This document shows, in pieces, positions 28,191 through 38,014 of a stretch of 64,000 nt of DNA. Below the pieces are notes generated by a model, which worked only from the letters and a program-made list of their open reading frames with translations, was not told the DNA's origin and made no database searches. The DNA comes from an uncultured Gammaproteobacteria bacterium (GTDB lineage Bacteria; Pseudomonadota; Gammaproteobacteria; Pseudomonadales; JAHEGP01), in contig CAVROQ010000008.1 in assembly GCA_963722805.1 (NCBI GenBank), positions 1,160-65,159 on the forward strand, in the 5' to 3' direction. The position numbers and the translations under genes are program-made. The stretch's first letter is position 1. The number at the start of each line of letters is the position of its first letter.

Positions 28191-29356
28191 GGGCGTCCAG
28201 CTTCCCCGGCGAGCTTTTTCACGGGCGCTTATCGCCCGTCGGTGAGCCGATTGAGCTGCGCACTTTACCGTATGCTAACACCGAGCTGTTTCCCGAGAGC
28301 TACCGCGCATTGTTGCTGAACAGCGGCACTGCCGCGCTGTCCTTAGCTATGTCCATAGCCGCTAGCACAGCAAAATCCAGGTCGCCGGAAGTTATTCTGC
28401 CTGCCTATGGCTGCCCGGACCTATTGGCTGCAGCCTATGCCGCCGGGCTGCAGCCGGTACTGGTGGATATTCAAGCCGATAGCCCACGCTACCAGGAAGG
28501 CGGCCTCGGCGCTGCAATCACTGCGAACACCGTAGCGATTGTTGCCGTAAATTTTCTTGGTATTGCCGAAGACCTGCCGAGCCTGCGTATCCTTTGCGAT
28601 ACCAATGGACTGGTTTTGATAGAGGACAATGCCCAATATTTTCCTCTTGAAAATGCAAATTCCAGTTACAGTGGTGACCTGGTGGTGCATAGTTTTGGCC
28701 GGGGCAAGCCGGTAAGCCAGGTAGGCGGTGGGGCGCTTTTACTTCGGCCGTCAATAGCAAGTGCCGCCGGGGATATTATTGATTCTCTGCCGCTGCAGCA
28801 GCTGACAGAGCGCAGCTGGCGGCTGAAAGCCCGCCTGTTTAACCTGGTGTTGCAGCCGCATGTTTATCGGTTGCTCTCGCTGCTGCCGTTTCTGCACATT
28901 GGCGTCACACGCTACCATGCCTTGCAAGTCATCGAGCGCATGGATTTTTGGCGGGACGACTATATAAAGCGTAACGTCGAACTTTTTCGCAAGCGTTCTC
29001 GGCAGTTGCAACAACAAGTAGACGCCAAGCTTGAAGCAATAAATACGGCAGCTTACATCAATTTGCCGCGTCTGCTGCAAAGCCTGCAACAGCCGCTGCT
29101 GCGCTATCCAATAGTGTGTCGTAACAAAGCCCATTGCGATGGACTGTTTGCCGAGTTGGAAGGCAACGGACTGGGAGCTTCACGGATGTACCAGTTGCCG
29201 CTGCCGTCGATAGACAGCATCCCCCACCCGATTTCAGGGACATTTGCGGGAGCTGAGGTGTTCTCCGGCCGCTTGCTGACGCTGCCGCTCACCAGTTTTG
29301 TCGATCGGCCTCGGCTGGAAAAAATGTTTGAAATATTAGAAGCTGGCGCTGGCTAG
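28187..29356 (+). CDS. DegT/DnrJ/EryC1/StrS-family (sugar) aminotransferase-like protein
   Basis: Motifs NSGTAALSLAM, VLIEDNAQ and SFGRGKPVSQVGGGALLL (candidate PLP lysine). The ATG at 28187 overlaps the upstream stop as ATGA. Confidence 0.65.
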   Translation: MRASSFPGELFHGRLSPVGEPIELRTLPYANTELFPESYRALLLNSGTAALSLAMSIAASTAKSRSPEVILPAYGCPDLLAAAYAAGLQPVLVDIQADSPRYQEGGLGAAITANTVAIVAVNFLGIAEDLPSLRILCDTNGLVLIEDNAQYFPLENANSSYSGDLVVHSFGRGKPVSQVGGGALLLRPSIASAAGDIIDSLPLQQLTERSWRLKARLFNLVLQPHVYRLLSLLPFLHIGVTRYHALQVIERMDFWRDDYIKRNVELFRKRSRQLQQQVDAKLEAINTAAYINLPRLLQSLQQPLLRYPIVCRNKAHCDGLFAELEGNGLGASRMYQLPLPSIDSIPHPISGTFAGAEVFSGRLLTLPLTSFVDRPRLEKMFEILEAGAG

Positions 29357-29406
29357 ACTAAAAATCCGTTGCAGCGAGGTGTGATGGCGCTCCTTTGCAT
29401 CGCAAG

Positions 29407-32052
29407 TCAGTGGCTTTTCGCTTGTTGTAAATGCTGCTTTATTTCGGCCGAATCCGGCGCCAGCTGCAAGGCTTTTTCAAGCCATCGAATCCCCTGATCG
29501 GTCTCACCTTGAGTCAAGAAAACCATGCCAAGGGTATCCAGTACTGCCGGGTCTTCAGGGCGAATTTGCTGTGCCATCTGAGCGTGCTTCAATGCCTCAT
29601 CTCCGGCATTGGCTTGGCTCAAGTAGAGCCAAGCCAGGTTGTTCAGAGCAGTCACATTTTCAGGGTCAGCTTCCAGCAGTTGTTGGTAGAGCCGTATAGC
29701 AGACTCTGGGTTCGGCGATTGTTGCGCCTGGATCGCTTTAACTAATAGCAGCTGGCTATCGCCGGGGAGCTGGGTAGCCCAGTCTTTGGTAAATGCTTCG
29801 GCTTGCGCAGGATCGTTTACTCGGAGCAGCCCATAAATTTTACCTGCAATCATCGGGCTGGGTTGTATATTCCAGGCGTCGAGATAGGCAGCTAAAGCCT
29901 TTGCGTGATCTTGCTGGCCCTGGATATCGCCCAAAACCTCGTAGCCCTTTGCGGGAGCAAGTTGTAACAGCAGTTCAACCACCTCGTTCGCTGCAACGGG
30001 GTTACCGTCACGGACTTCGGTTGTGGCCAGCAGTTCCAGCAGAGGAATCGAATTGGGGAGCTGCGCCAGACCCTGCGACAGTTGCTTGCGTGCGAGTGAT
30101 AGCTTGCTGTCGGCAAGGGATTTTCTAGCAAGCTGCCGGTAAGCGTCCAGCGCGACACTCTCTATATAAGGACTATTCTCCTGGCGTTGCAAAGCCTGTT
30201 CAATCGCAGAGATAGCGGGCTGTAACCGCTGGTTGCGTAAGTGGTACTGTGCAGTAACGGCCAGTGCCAATCCATTTTGGGGGTTGTCGTCGCTAAAGCG
30301 ATGCAGTATCGCCAATCCGTGGGCCACATTATGTTGCGCTTCGTTAGTGCTGATGATTCCTTTGAGTGCATCGATAGAACTCGGAACAATATTTAACACA
30401 TTACAAAAGTAAGTTTCGGCGGTGGCGTATTGCTGTTCGCTGTATGCGAGCCGCGCCAGCGCCATCCAGGCTCGAGCGTTATCCGGTGCAATTTCTATTG
30501 CACGCTGTAAATGTTTGGTTGCACTGGTAGCGTCATCGGCCATCAAATATGCAATGCCTGCAAGTGTCAGGGCATTGCTGTCATTAGGGCTGCTACTGGC
30601 AATATCAGTCGCCAGGGCTATGGTTTCCTCGGTTTTATCACTGCTGATCAGTAGCTGGATCAGCGCCTCCTGGGCAGCGGGGTCGGCCGGGTTCGAGCGA
30701 TAGGCCTGGCGAGCTTGTTCCAGCGCCTGGGGCAGCAAGCCCTGCCGTCGGTAAAAAGTGAGCATTGCAAGCCGCAGTCGATTGTTGTCTGGATCCAGCA
30801 CCAACGACTGTTCTATGTAACCGATTCCCGTCAAATCCTGGCGAGCGAGTTTGGCAAGGCCGTAGAGGCCTAAAAGGTTGGCATTGCTACTGCGAGTCTG
30901 CAGCTCGGTCTCGAGAATATCCAGCACCTGGTCAATATCATTGAGTTGAAATTTTGCACTTAACAGCAACTCAAGTGCAGCACTATTCGCTGTTTCTGGA
31001 TCGATATGAGCAGTTAGCATGTCGGCAGCCTGGGATAGGTTACCCTGCAAATAACTGACAATACCCAGCAAGGTGCCGGCGAAACTGTCGCCGCCATTTT
31101 CAAGGGTCTGGGTCAGGATTTCGCTGGCCTCTTGCAGCTGATTGTCTCTAATTAGGTCAATGCTTTTCTCGATCAGTCTCTTGTTGGCAGAGTAGTCGGG
31201 TAACTGCTCGTTCAGCACGCGATCGTAGACCATGGCTTCATCAATGCGTCCATGCAAAGTCAGGGTCCGACTCATCAGTTGCAAAGCGTTAATTCGCTCG
31301 GGCAACATGATGTCGGTTACCGGTAGCTGGCCCAGCACGTCAGTCAAATAGTCTTCAGCGCGCGAGTATTTACCGCGCTGGATAGCGATTTCTGCTGCCA
31401 AAAGGCGTGCAGCACTATTTGGCTTTTTCGAATCAAGTAGCGGTTCCAGCGCAGCAAGAGCGGAATTGGACTTTCCCTCCAGAAGATCAATACGCGCCAA
31501 TTCGACGATTGCATTATCGCGGCTTGGTTCTTGAACAGCTTTTTGCAAAGCTAAGCGGGCGCTCTCCATCTCACCCAGGCCTGCCAGTGCCTGGCCGAGG
31601 TACAAGTGGCAGTAAAATTGCTGCTCGTTGCCCAGCGCGCAATTACTGTCCAGCAACAAATTCTTTGCCGAGCGATACTTTTTAAGGCCATTCAGGGCCC
31701 TGGCCTTTTCCAATATAAGGGCCGGATCGCTCTGGTCTGGCGCGATTGCTGCTGCATCGATGGCACTGCGAAAATAGCCCAGTTCGTTATAGAGGGAAAC
31801 GATCTGCAGGTGAGGCGCCATTTGTCCTGGGGCGAGGCGCACGGCGTTCTGCGCTTCAATCAATGCTGCCTTGAATTGGCCCTGTTGCTGGTAAGTTTGC
31901 GCACTTTTGACTTGAGGTGGCGCTTGGTCGAGTGGGCCGGATTTGTCGGATGGGCCGCATGCTGCCAGTAGGACAGCAATGGTAGCCCCAAGCATTGTTC
32001 TAATGCACGATGGCAGGTTGTATCGCGGAATACTGGGCCGGTAAAAGCGCAT
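29407..32052 (-). CDS. prsT: PEP-CTERM system TPR-repeat lipoprotein PrsT
   Basis: About 880 aa composed almost entirely of TPR repeats. Lipobox AVLLAAC-G near the N-terminus. It lies directly downstream of prsK-prsR. The start is ambiguous (32085, 32052 or 31995). Confidence 0.75.
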   Translation of the reverse strand: MRFYRPSIPRYNLPSCIRTMLGATIAVLLAACGPSDKSGPLDQAPPQVKSAQTYQQQGQFKAALIEAQNAVRLAPGQMAPHLQIVSLYNELGYFRSAIDAAAIAPDQSDPALILEKARALNGLKKYRSAKNLLLDSNCALGNEQQFYCHLYLGQALAGLGEMESARLALQKAVQEPSRDNAIVELARIDLLEGKSNSALAALEPLLDSKKPNSAARLLAAEIAIQRGKYSRAEDYLTDVLGQLPVTDIMLPERINALQLMSRTLTLHGRIDEAMVYDRVLNEQLPDYSANKRLIEKSIDLIRDNQLQEASEILTQTLENGGDSFAGTLLGIVSYLQGNLSQAADMLTAHIDPETANSAALELLLSAKFQLNDIDQVLDILETELQTRSSNANLLGLYGLAKLARQDLTGIGYIEQSLVLDPDNNRLRLAMLTFYRRQGLLPQALEQARQAYRSNPADPAAQEALIQLLISSDKTEETIALATDIASSSPNDSNALTLAGIAYLMADDATSATKHLQRAIEIAPDNARAWMALARLAYSEQQYATAETYFCNVLNIVPSSIDALKGIISTNEAQHNVAHGLAILHRFSDDNPQNGLALAVTAQYHLRNQRLQPAISAIEQALQRQENSPYIESVALDAYRQLARKSLADSKLSLARKQLSQGLAQLPNSIPLLELLATTEVRDGNPVAANEVVELLLQLAPAKGYEVLGDIQGQQDHAKALAAYLDAWNIQPSPMIAGKIYGLLRVNDPAQAEAFTKDWATQLPGDSQLLLVKAIQAQQSPNPESAIRLYQQLLEADPENVTALNNLAWLYLSQANAGDEALKHAQMAQQIRPEDPAVLDTLGMVFLTQGETDQGIRWLEKALQLAPDSAEIKQHLQQAKSH

Positions 32053-32107
32053 CGTTTTCCTTGCTTGGCTTTTGGAAGATGTCACATAACTCGCTGCAAA
32101 CGGCTGT

Positions 32108-33478
32108 TTACTCGGTGTCGAGTTGGATGTCGTATTTTTTCACCAGGTCGTACAGGGTTGGCCGGGTGATGCCGAGCAATTTTGCGGCAACAGTGATGTT
32201 GCCATCAGAAAAAGCCAGGGCTTTGTTGATTGCTGATTTTTCTGCGTCGAAGCGCACTTGTCGAAGGTTTATAGAAAGACCATCAGATTCTGCAAGACCA
32301 AGATCCGCTGCCGTTACCATTTTGTCATTGCACATGATCACAGCGCGACGAATTTTGTTCTCCATTTCCCGTATATTGCCCGGCCATGAATAGGCCTCAA
32401 TAGCCGTCGCGGCTTCCGGGGTAAATCCGGTCAAGGCCTTCGCATGCTCGGTACAGAATTTCTGTAATAAGTGGCGTGACAATAAAGTGCGATCGCCCTC
32501 ACGCTCTCGCAGCGGGGGGATGTTGATAACGATTTCGCTGATACGATAGAAAAGGTCCTCACGAAAGGTTCCCTCTGCGACCATCTCCTCAAGATTCTTG
32601 TTGGTGGCGCAGATAACCCTGACGTCGACCGAGATTAATTCCCGGCCACCCAGTCGTTCAATTTCTCTCTCTTGTAAGAACCGCAGCAACTTAGCCTGCA
32701 GTGTCAGCGGCATGTCGCCAATTTCATCAAGGAGTAGGGTGCCTCCGTCAGCGGACTCGATTTTGCCTATGGTGCGCTTGTTGGCGCCGGTAAACGCGCC
32801 GCGTTCATAGCCAAACAATTCGCTTTCCATGAGGTTTTCCGGCACCGCGGCACAGTTGATGGCGACAAACCTCTTGTCGACCCGCGGGCTCAGGCGATGG
32901 ATTGCCTTTGACAACACTTCTTTACCGGTTCCGCTGTCTCCCAGCAGCAGGCAGGTCACACTGGTAGGAGCAATTTTCTCAAGAGTGGCACAGATGCGTA
33001 TCATCGCGCCATCCGACGCAATAATCCCCTCTAACGGAGACTTTTGTTCTGACTGCATCCGCCGGTTTTGTTGTTCGAGCTGGTAGATGCGAAAGGCGCG
33101 CTGTACCAGCAAATCCAGAGTCGCGGTGTTGACAGGCTTTTCGTAAAAATCGTAGGCGCCCATGGCGATGGCACGAATCGCATTTTCGGTCTCATGGTGC
33201 CCGGTCACGACCACTATTTTGGTGTTAGGAGCCAGTTCAAGAATCTCGCGGACGGTGGCAAAACCTTCCTCAACGCCTTCCTCATCGGGCGGCAACCCGA
33301 GATCCTGCAATACCACACAGGGCTCCTCGCGCCTCACTGCCGCGATGGCGGTGATCCGATCCTCTGCCAGTGCAACATCGTACTGCTCGAAGTGCCAGCG
33401 CAATTGGCTTTGCAGACCGGTGTCGTCTTCAACGATTAGCAATTTCGGTTTGTTGTTGGTATTCGATGGGTTCGTCAT
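32108..33478 (-). CDS. prsR: PEP-CTERM-box sigma-54-dependent response regulator PrsR
   Basis: REC domain with LLIVEDDTGLQSQLRW...LQDLGLPPDEEG..GAYDFYEKP, an AAA+ sigma-54 interaction domain (GDSGTGKE, ESELFGYERGAFTGA), and a C-terminal Fis-type HTH. Start re-called to the ATG at 33478. Confidence 0.8.
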   Translation of the reverse strand: MTNPSNTNNKPKLLIVEDDTGLQSQLRWHFEQYDVALAEDRITAIAAVRREEPCVVLQDLGLPPDEEGVEEGFATVREILELAPNTKIVVVTGHHETENAIRAIAMGAYDFYEKPVNTATLDLLVQRAFRIYQLEQQNRRMQSEQKSPLEGIIASDGAMIRICATLEKIAPTSVTCLLLGDSGTGKEVLSKAIHRLSPRVDKRFVAINCAAVPENLMESELFGYERGAFTGANKRTIGKIESADGGTLLLDEIGDMPLTLQAKLLRFLQEREIERLGGRELISVDVRVICATNKNLEEMVAEGTFREDLFYRISEIVINIPPLREREGDRTLLSRHLLQKFCTEHAKALTGFTPEAATAIEAYSWPGNIREMENKIRRAVIMCNDKMVTAADLGLAESDGLSINLRQVRFDAEKSAINKALAFSDGNITVAAKLLGITRPTLYDLVKKYDIQLDTE

Positions 33479-33483
33479 ATGAA

Positions 33484-35526
33484 CTAGGCTGCTTCCTGCT
33501 TTGATGCGACCAGTGGGATGGTGATGCAAATTGTTGTACCAATATCCGGTTCGCTAGTGACCTTAATGTCTCCGCCGATGGCTTGTACGTATTCCCTTGC
33601 TTGGTAGACACCTATGCCCATACCCTTGCCGGATTTGGTGGTATCAAAAGGTTTGAAGAGCCGCCCCTTGACGAACTCCGCACTCATGCCCTCCCCATTG
33701 TCTTCGACCTCAATAATGGCCAGCTCTCCGCGCTGTTCCAGTCGCACATCGATAAACCCACTGTCTGCGGTTGCATCCTGCGCGTTTTTAATCAGGTGGG
33801 AAAGTATCATCACCAGATTGTCACGGTCGGCCTTGGCTTTCAAGCCCCTGGCCTCGAGTCGCAGGGTGGGAGCTGGCTTAAGATCGCTGCATTTTTTGAT
33901 GACTTCGATCAGCGCCTGCTCCAGATCCATAGATTTTGCTTGCAAAGGCTCCTTGCGTTGCATCTTGCTGAGCAGGTTGTTCATCCTATTGACTGAATTA
34001 TCAATGGTGTTGATCATGTCTTCAATAAATGCCGGGTTTTCCTTGTGCTTGGCGGCATTTTCAACCACCAGTGCCTGCTGTGCGATCAGATTTTTCAAGT
34101 CATGCATGATGAAGGCGGTCAACTTATTATAGGCTTCAAACTGGCGGGATTGTGCGAGCAATTCACCGGCTTGGTGTCGAGCCAAATAGCTTGCCAATTG
34201 TCGGCCAACCGTTTTTAGCAGGTCGAGATCCTCCCACGTCAGCTCGCCTGCATCGCTGCCCCTGACTAAGCCGATAAATCCGAGCAGGTGGTCCTCGTTA
34301 AACAGTGGCACGATAATCCATAGATTGTCTATCTGGCCGGCCCATTCAGGTAAATGCTGATCTTCTGGAAAGCGGCCATCCGATTCAAATATCCACTCCT
34401 GCTCGATCATAGTAGCGATAAATGCGGAGTCTGCGGGCTCTGTGGCATCCTCTGGCAGGGCCATTGGATACGATGCCTCGGCCTCAAAACGGTTGTCATG
34501 GCGTACCCATAGTATGCCGCCCGGGCTATTAAAAACTGCGCACATCGCTTTGATGGCTTGTTGCTGTGTATCGCTGTCACCATAGGGTTGTGACAACATG
34601 TCGATTAAGTTCAGCCACTCCGCACGGTAGTCGTACTTATGGCTGAAAAAATTCTTGTTAATATAAACCAATGCTGAAGATCGCAAGCGGGGAACGGTGC
34701 TGATGATCACCAGCCCTGCGATACCCGTGAAGGTAAGCACCTGCTGGAATGCCGCTCCCCAGTGTTCACCGTAAACCTTGATGTAGTAGCCGATAGTTGA
34801 CATCAAAAACAGCAAAACTCCGGCACCGAGCAAGCCGGTGGTATAAAACACCATATTGCGAGACAAACTGACCTGGGGAGCACTATCAGTTTTCGCCAGT
34901 GTAACGATCAAAAATACTCCCGCTATGCTGTAGATTGCGCCACGCGCATTCCAGCTGTCATAAGGGATACTCTGGAATACCAGAATCTGGGAAAACAGGT
35001 ATAGCTCATAGATGAACAGTGCTCCCAGCCCGAGCGAGAAGAACTTTATGGCGTGGCGGGTCTTAACGCTGACATTGCGGTATAGCTGCTCCAGCAGAAC
35101 GACTCCGAGTACCGCCAGCAGCAGGTTGGACCAAGTGATCATCATACTGGCATAGATGACGGTCATCGGCTTGTGCATGGCACTTCCCAGCGCCGACAGC
35201 GTGCCGATAATCAGAATAAGGCCCGTACAGGTAATCGCCATCCACTTGGGCAAATGGGTGCCGGTGAATTTATAGACCATGCCAAAAATCGCCCAGTACC
35301 AAAAGGTGTAGAACAGCAAGTCAAAGCAGAACAGCAGGAGGGGCGATGAGTCAAAGCGTGCCTGAAGCACAACCACAAGCATGCGCAGCGCTGTGACCAA
35401 CGCGGCAATAGCCAGGGTAAGGGGGTAGTGGCGCCGGTAGCGGGGTGATGCGAGCAGCCAGAACAAGATAAAAAACGCGATGGCACCAGCCAACGAGTTG
35501 AGAAAATTAACGTCGTAGTCCCACAT
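33484..35526 (-). CDS. prsK: XrtA/PEP-CTERM system histidine kinase PrsK
   Basis: 680 aa. The N-terminal half is polytopic, followed by a GAF-like segment, an H-box FIMHDLKNLIAQQ, and an HATPase domain (IEVEDNGEGM, GKGMGIGVYQ). It sits 5 bp upstream of prsR. Confidence 0.8.
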   Translation of the reverse strand: MWDYDVNFLNSLAGAIAFFILFWLLASPRYRRHYPLTLAIAALVTALRMLVVVLQARFDSSPLLLFCFDLLFYTFWYWAIFGMVYKFTGTHLPKWMAITCTGLILIIGTLSALGSAMHKPMTVIYASMMITWSNLLLAVLGVVLLEQLYRNVSVKTRHAIKFFSLGLGALFIYELYLFSQILVFQSIPYDSWNARGAIYSIAGVFLIVTLAKTDSAPQVSLSRNMVFYTTGLLGAGVLLFLMSTIGYYIKVYGEHWGAAFQQVLTFTGIAGLVIISTVPRLRSSALVYINKNFFSHKYDYRAEWLNLIDMLSQPYGDSDTQQQAIKAMCAVFNSPGGILWVRHDNRFEAEASYPMALPEDATEPADSAFIATMIEQEWIFESDGRFPEDQHLPEWAGQIDNLWIIVPLFNEDHLLGFIGLVRGSDAGELTWEDLDLLKTVGRQLASYLARHQAGELLAQSRQFEAYNKLTAFIMHDLKNLIAQQALVVENAAKHKENPAFIEDMINTIDNSVNRMNNLLSKMQRKEPLQAKSMDLEQALIEVIKKCSDLKPAPTLRLEARGLKAKADRDNLVMILSHLIKNAQDATADSGFIDVRLEQRGELAIIEVEDNGEGMSAEFVKGRLFKPFDTTKSGKGMGIGVYQAREYVQAIGGDIKVTSEPDIGTTICITIPLVASKQEAA

Positions 35527-35563
35527 AGATTAACCGGTGATTTTTGCGAAAGCCATTGCAGCG

Positions 35564-37825
35564 TTAGCTGGCGGCGGGCCCCAGTTCTTTGAGGCTGCCA
35601 GCGATCTTGTTAAGTGCCCGGTCAAATAATGGACCATTGTCCAAAACATACGCTCGTTTGTGTTGCAGATCCAGAGCGACATCCTTGCGCTTCTTCGCCA
35701 GGCACTTAAAGCCGAAGCGATTGACGAAAACATAGGTATCCGTTTCTTGCAGTTTAGTCGCCAGCTTGCAGCGCAGGCTTTTTCCCGCGGTGTCATCGGT
35801 AAACACCAGCCAGTGCCCGGGCTGCAGGGCATCGGCCTTACGGATACAGTCGTATGTGATGCGTTTAAGCTTGGCCTGCTGGCGTTCAAGCGCAGACATT
35901 TCCTTCCAGCTCTTTTGTTCTTCGGCTTCGGCCAGCGCGGCTTGCTGTTCTGGCTTAAGAGAGTCGTATTGCACATCTTCGACCCTTCCGCGCGTTAGCG
36001 CGTCGTGAATCTGATCCACCGCCGCAATGATAGCTTCCATATCGGCGTCATCGGCCACGGTTTTAGCCAGCCCTTTACGCAGCTTGGTCCGCAGGGTCGG
36101 CAGCAGCTTGATGCGCCTGTTTTTCGACTTTTCATCCGTGTGATTGCGCACACTCCAGATCAGGTCATCTATCAGTTGCAGCGACTCCAGCCATTCAGCA
36201 CTATTTTCGCCATGATTCAGGTAGGTTAGCAACATAACCTTCTGCCACTCTTTCACCAGGAATCGACTGATGGGTTCTGGCAGCAGCGCATCTTTCAGGC
36301 GTTTACGTAATTCGAGCTGTACCTTGGAACGCGCTGCCTGGGTTCTTGCCTGGCCTGAGGCCATTTCTTTTGCTCGCTTCTCGACCCGCTGGGCTTTCTG
36401 CTGTTGCTTGCTGGCAATTTCCTGCAGTTTGACTCGCATTGACTCGAACAAAGCCTTGTCCGCATGCGGTTGGTCATGAACGATCTGGATGATTTCTTCA
36501 ATGGTCGCAACAATCGAATCTTTATGATCGGGATGGTTTTCGTCAAAACCCACCCCCAGGCGGGCAATTTCGTTGATTAGCATCCTCGCTGGGTGGCGCT
36601 GCGTATTAAAAAATTCGGCATCGCGCAATGCTAACTTCAATATGGGCAGCTGGAGTTTGGCGATTAATGCCTGGAACGACACCGGCATCGTAGGATCGCT
36701 GAGTGCGAAGTCAAAAAACATGGCCACCAGGTTGATGATATCTTCATCAGGCGTTTCCAGTGCATGATCCGGCGTGCCTGACGCATCCATAGAGGCCATG
36801 ATGCTATCGATTGAACTACGTATATCCAGAGTCTGTTGATGTAAAATCTCTTCGTAACTGATTGATGCTTGCAGCTCTGCCAACAAGCGCACCAATTCAT
36901 CCTGGCTGACTACCGGCCCTGAGCGAGCGCTGTAGCGGGGGATAAAGCCCGGGGGCCTTATGTTCATGCGCCGGAGGCCGCTGAGTAGCGAACTGAACTC
37001 CGGCAGGCCATACCCATAAGCGGCGTTTCCGGCACCGTGGTCAGTGAAACCCACGCCGCTTTCCGGTTCGGGCTGGTCTGGCTCGCGGTAATCTGCCTGT
37101 GGCTTTTGAGTTGGCTGCTTGCGTTCGGCAGAAGCTTGCTTCTTGATGGTGCTTCTAATCTCAGGCAGCACCCCGTTTTTGATCAGCAGTTCATTGACGC
37201 CTGCGTAAGTGTTGGACAGCTGGTTGACCACTTCGCGATCGAAAGCTTTCAACAACACGATGCGTGCTTTGATATTCAATTCAAGTTGCGCCGTTGCGAG
37301 CTTAAACGCATTGCAGATGGCATCCGGGCCCAACGGGTTGTTCTGGTCGGTAATGTCGCGACCCGGCAACAGTTTGTCGAAACGGCACTTGAGGTGGTAC
37401 AGCGCCTCCTGGTTGTGTGCTCGCGACTTGGTCACCATCGACGACAGGGCGACATCCTGCTCGACTTCATCAGTTTCAACCAAGCTAAAATTTTCGCGGC
37501 TCAGGTTTTCTGTTGTCGGTGCACGTGAAAGGCGCGACAGCAGCTGGTTGAACATATCAATGATGTTTTCACGAAAACGGTCAACGATAAGCTGCTTAGC
37601 GCTGCGGATTTCCCGCATCGAGTCAAAATAGAGGGTTTGCTCACTATTCGAGTTGGCGCTGATTGAGAGGTCATAGAGGGCGTCGTCGCAATGAGTAAGC
37701 GCCCTGTCTATCTGGGATTCGAACTCGGCCAGGGCATAATCCCGCGCTTGTTGCATCAGCGTGGGCATAACTCGTCGCGCTGTTTTCAGCGTCGATGGTT
37801 GATTGGCTTTGAACTCGCGACTCAT
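35564..37825 (-). CDS. DUF1631-family protein
   Basis: 753 aa. The N-terminal signature CDDALYDLSISANSNSEQTLYFDSMREIRSAKQ and the overall length and architecture match my recollection of DUF1631. Confidence 0.65.
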   Translation of the reverse strand: MSREFKANQPSTLKTARRVMPTLMQQARDYALAEFESQIDRALTHCDDALYDLSISANSNSEQTLYFDSMREIRSAKQLIVDRFRENIIDMFNQLLSRLSRAPTTENLSRENFSLVETDEVEQDVALSSMVTKSRAHNQEALYHLKCRFDKLLPGRDITDQNNPLGPDAICNAFKLATAQLELNIKARIVLLKAFDREVVNQLSNTYAGVNELLIKNGVLPEIRSTIKKQASAERKQPTQKPQADYREPDQPEPESGVGFTDHGAGNAAYGYGLPEFSSLLSGLRRMNIRPPGFIPRYSARSGPVVSQDELVRLLAELQASISYEEILHQQTLDIRSSIDSIMASMDASGTPDHALETPDEDIINLVAMFFDFALSDPTMPVSFQALIAKLQLPILKLALRDAEFFNTQRHPARMLINEIARLGVGFDENHPDHKDSIVATIEEIIQIVHDQPHADKALFESMRVKLQEIASKQQQKAQRVEKRAKEMASGQARTQAARSKVQLELRKRLKDALLPEPISRFLVKEWQKVMLLTYLNHGENSAEWLESLQLIDDLIWSVRNHTDEKSKNRRIKLLPTLRTKLRKGLAKTVADDADMEAIIAAVDQIHDALTRGRVEDVQYDSLKPEQQAALAEAEEQKSWKEMSALERQQAKLKRITYDCIRKADALQPGHWLVFTDDTAGKSLRCKLATKLQETDTYVFVNRFGFKCLAKKRKDVALDLQHKRAYVLDNGPLFDRALNKIAGSLKELGPAAS

Positions 37826-38014
37826 CGCACCAGCCCTATATTGGGTTTGGGTTCAGAATTGATATGTAGCTTATTGATTTATAATAGAATATTAGCCACG
37901 ATGCCGGAGCTGAACCAGTGCGCGACATTCTAGCAAGTTTAACCGATTAGTAAAATGTGAATTGTGGCGCAGTCTGTTGGGGCCGACGGCTGCCGGCCCC
38001 GGGGGGAGGATGGA

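Noticed and set aside
12733-32085. Search for PEP-CTERM substrate genes (C-terminal PEP motif followed by a TM helix and an Arg cluster) in the ORFs and gaps of the EPS locus
   Set aside because: No ORF in the track ends with such a signal. The only PEP strings (for example LPEPAPIEP in the 38157..38615 lipoprotein) are internal and lie in a proline-rich linker.
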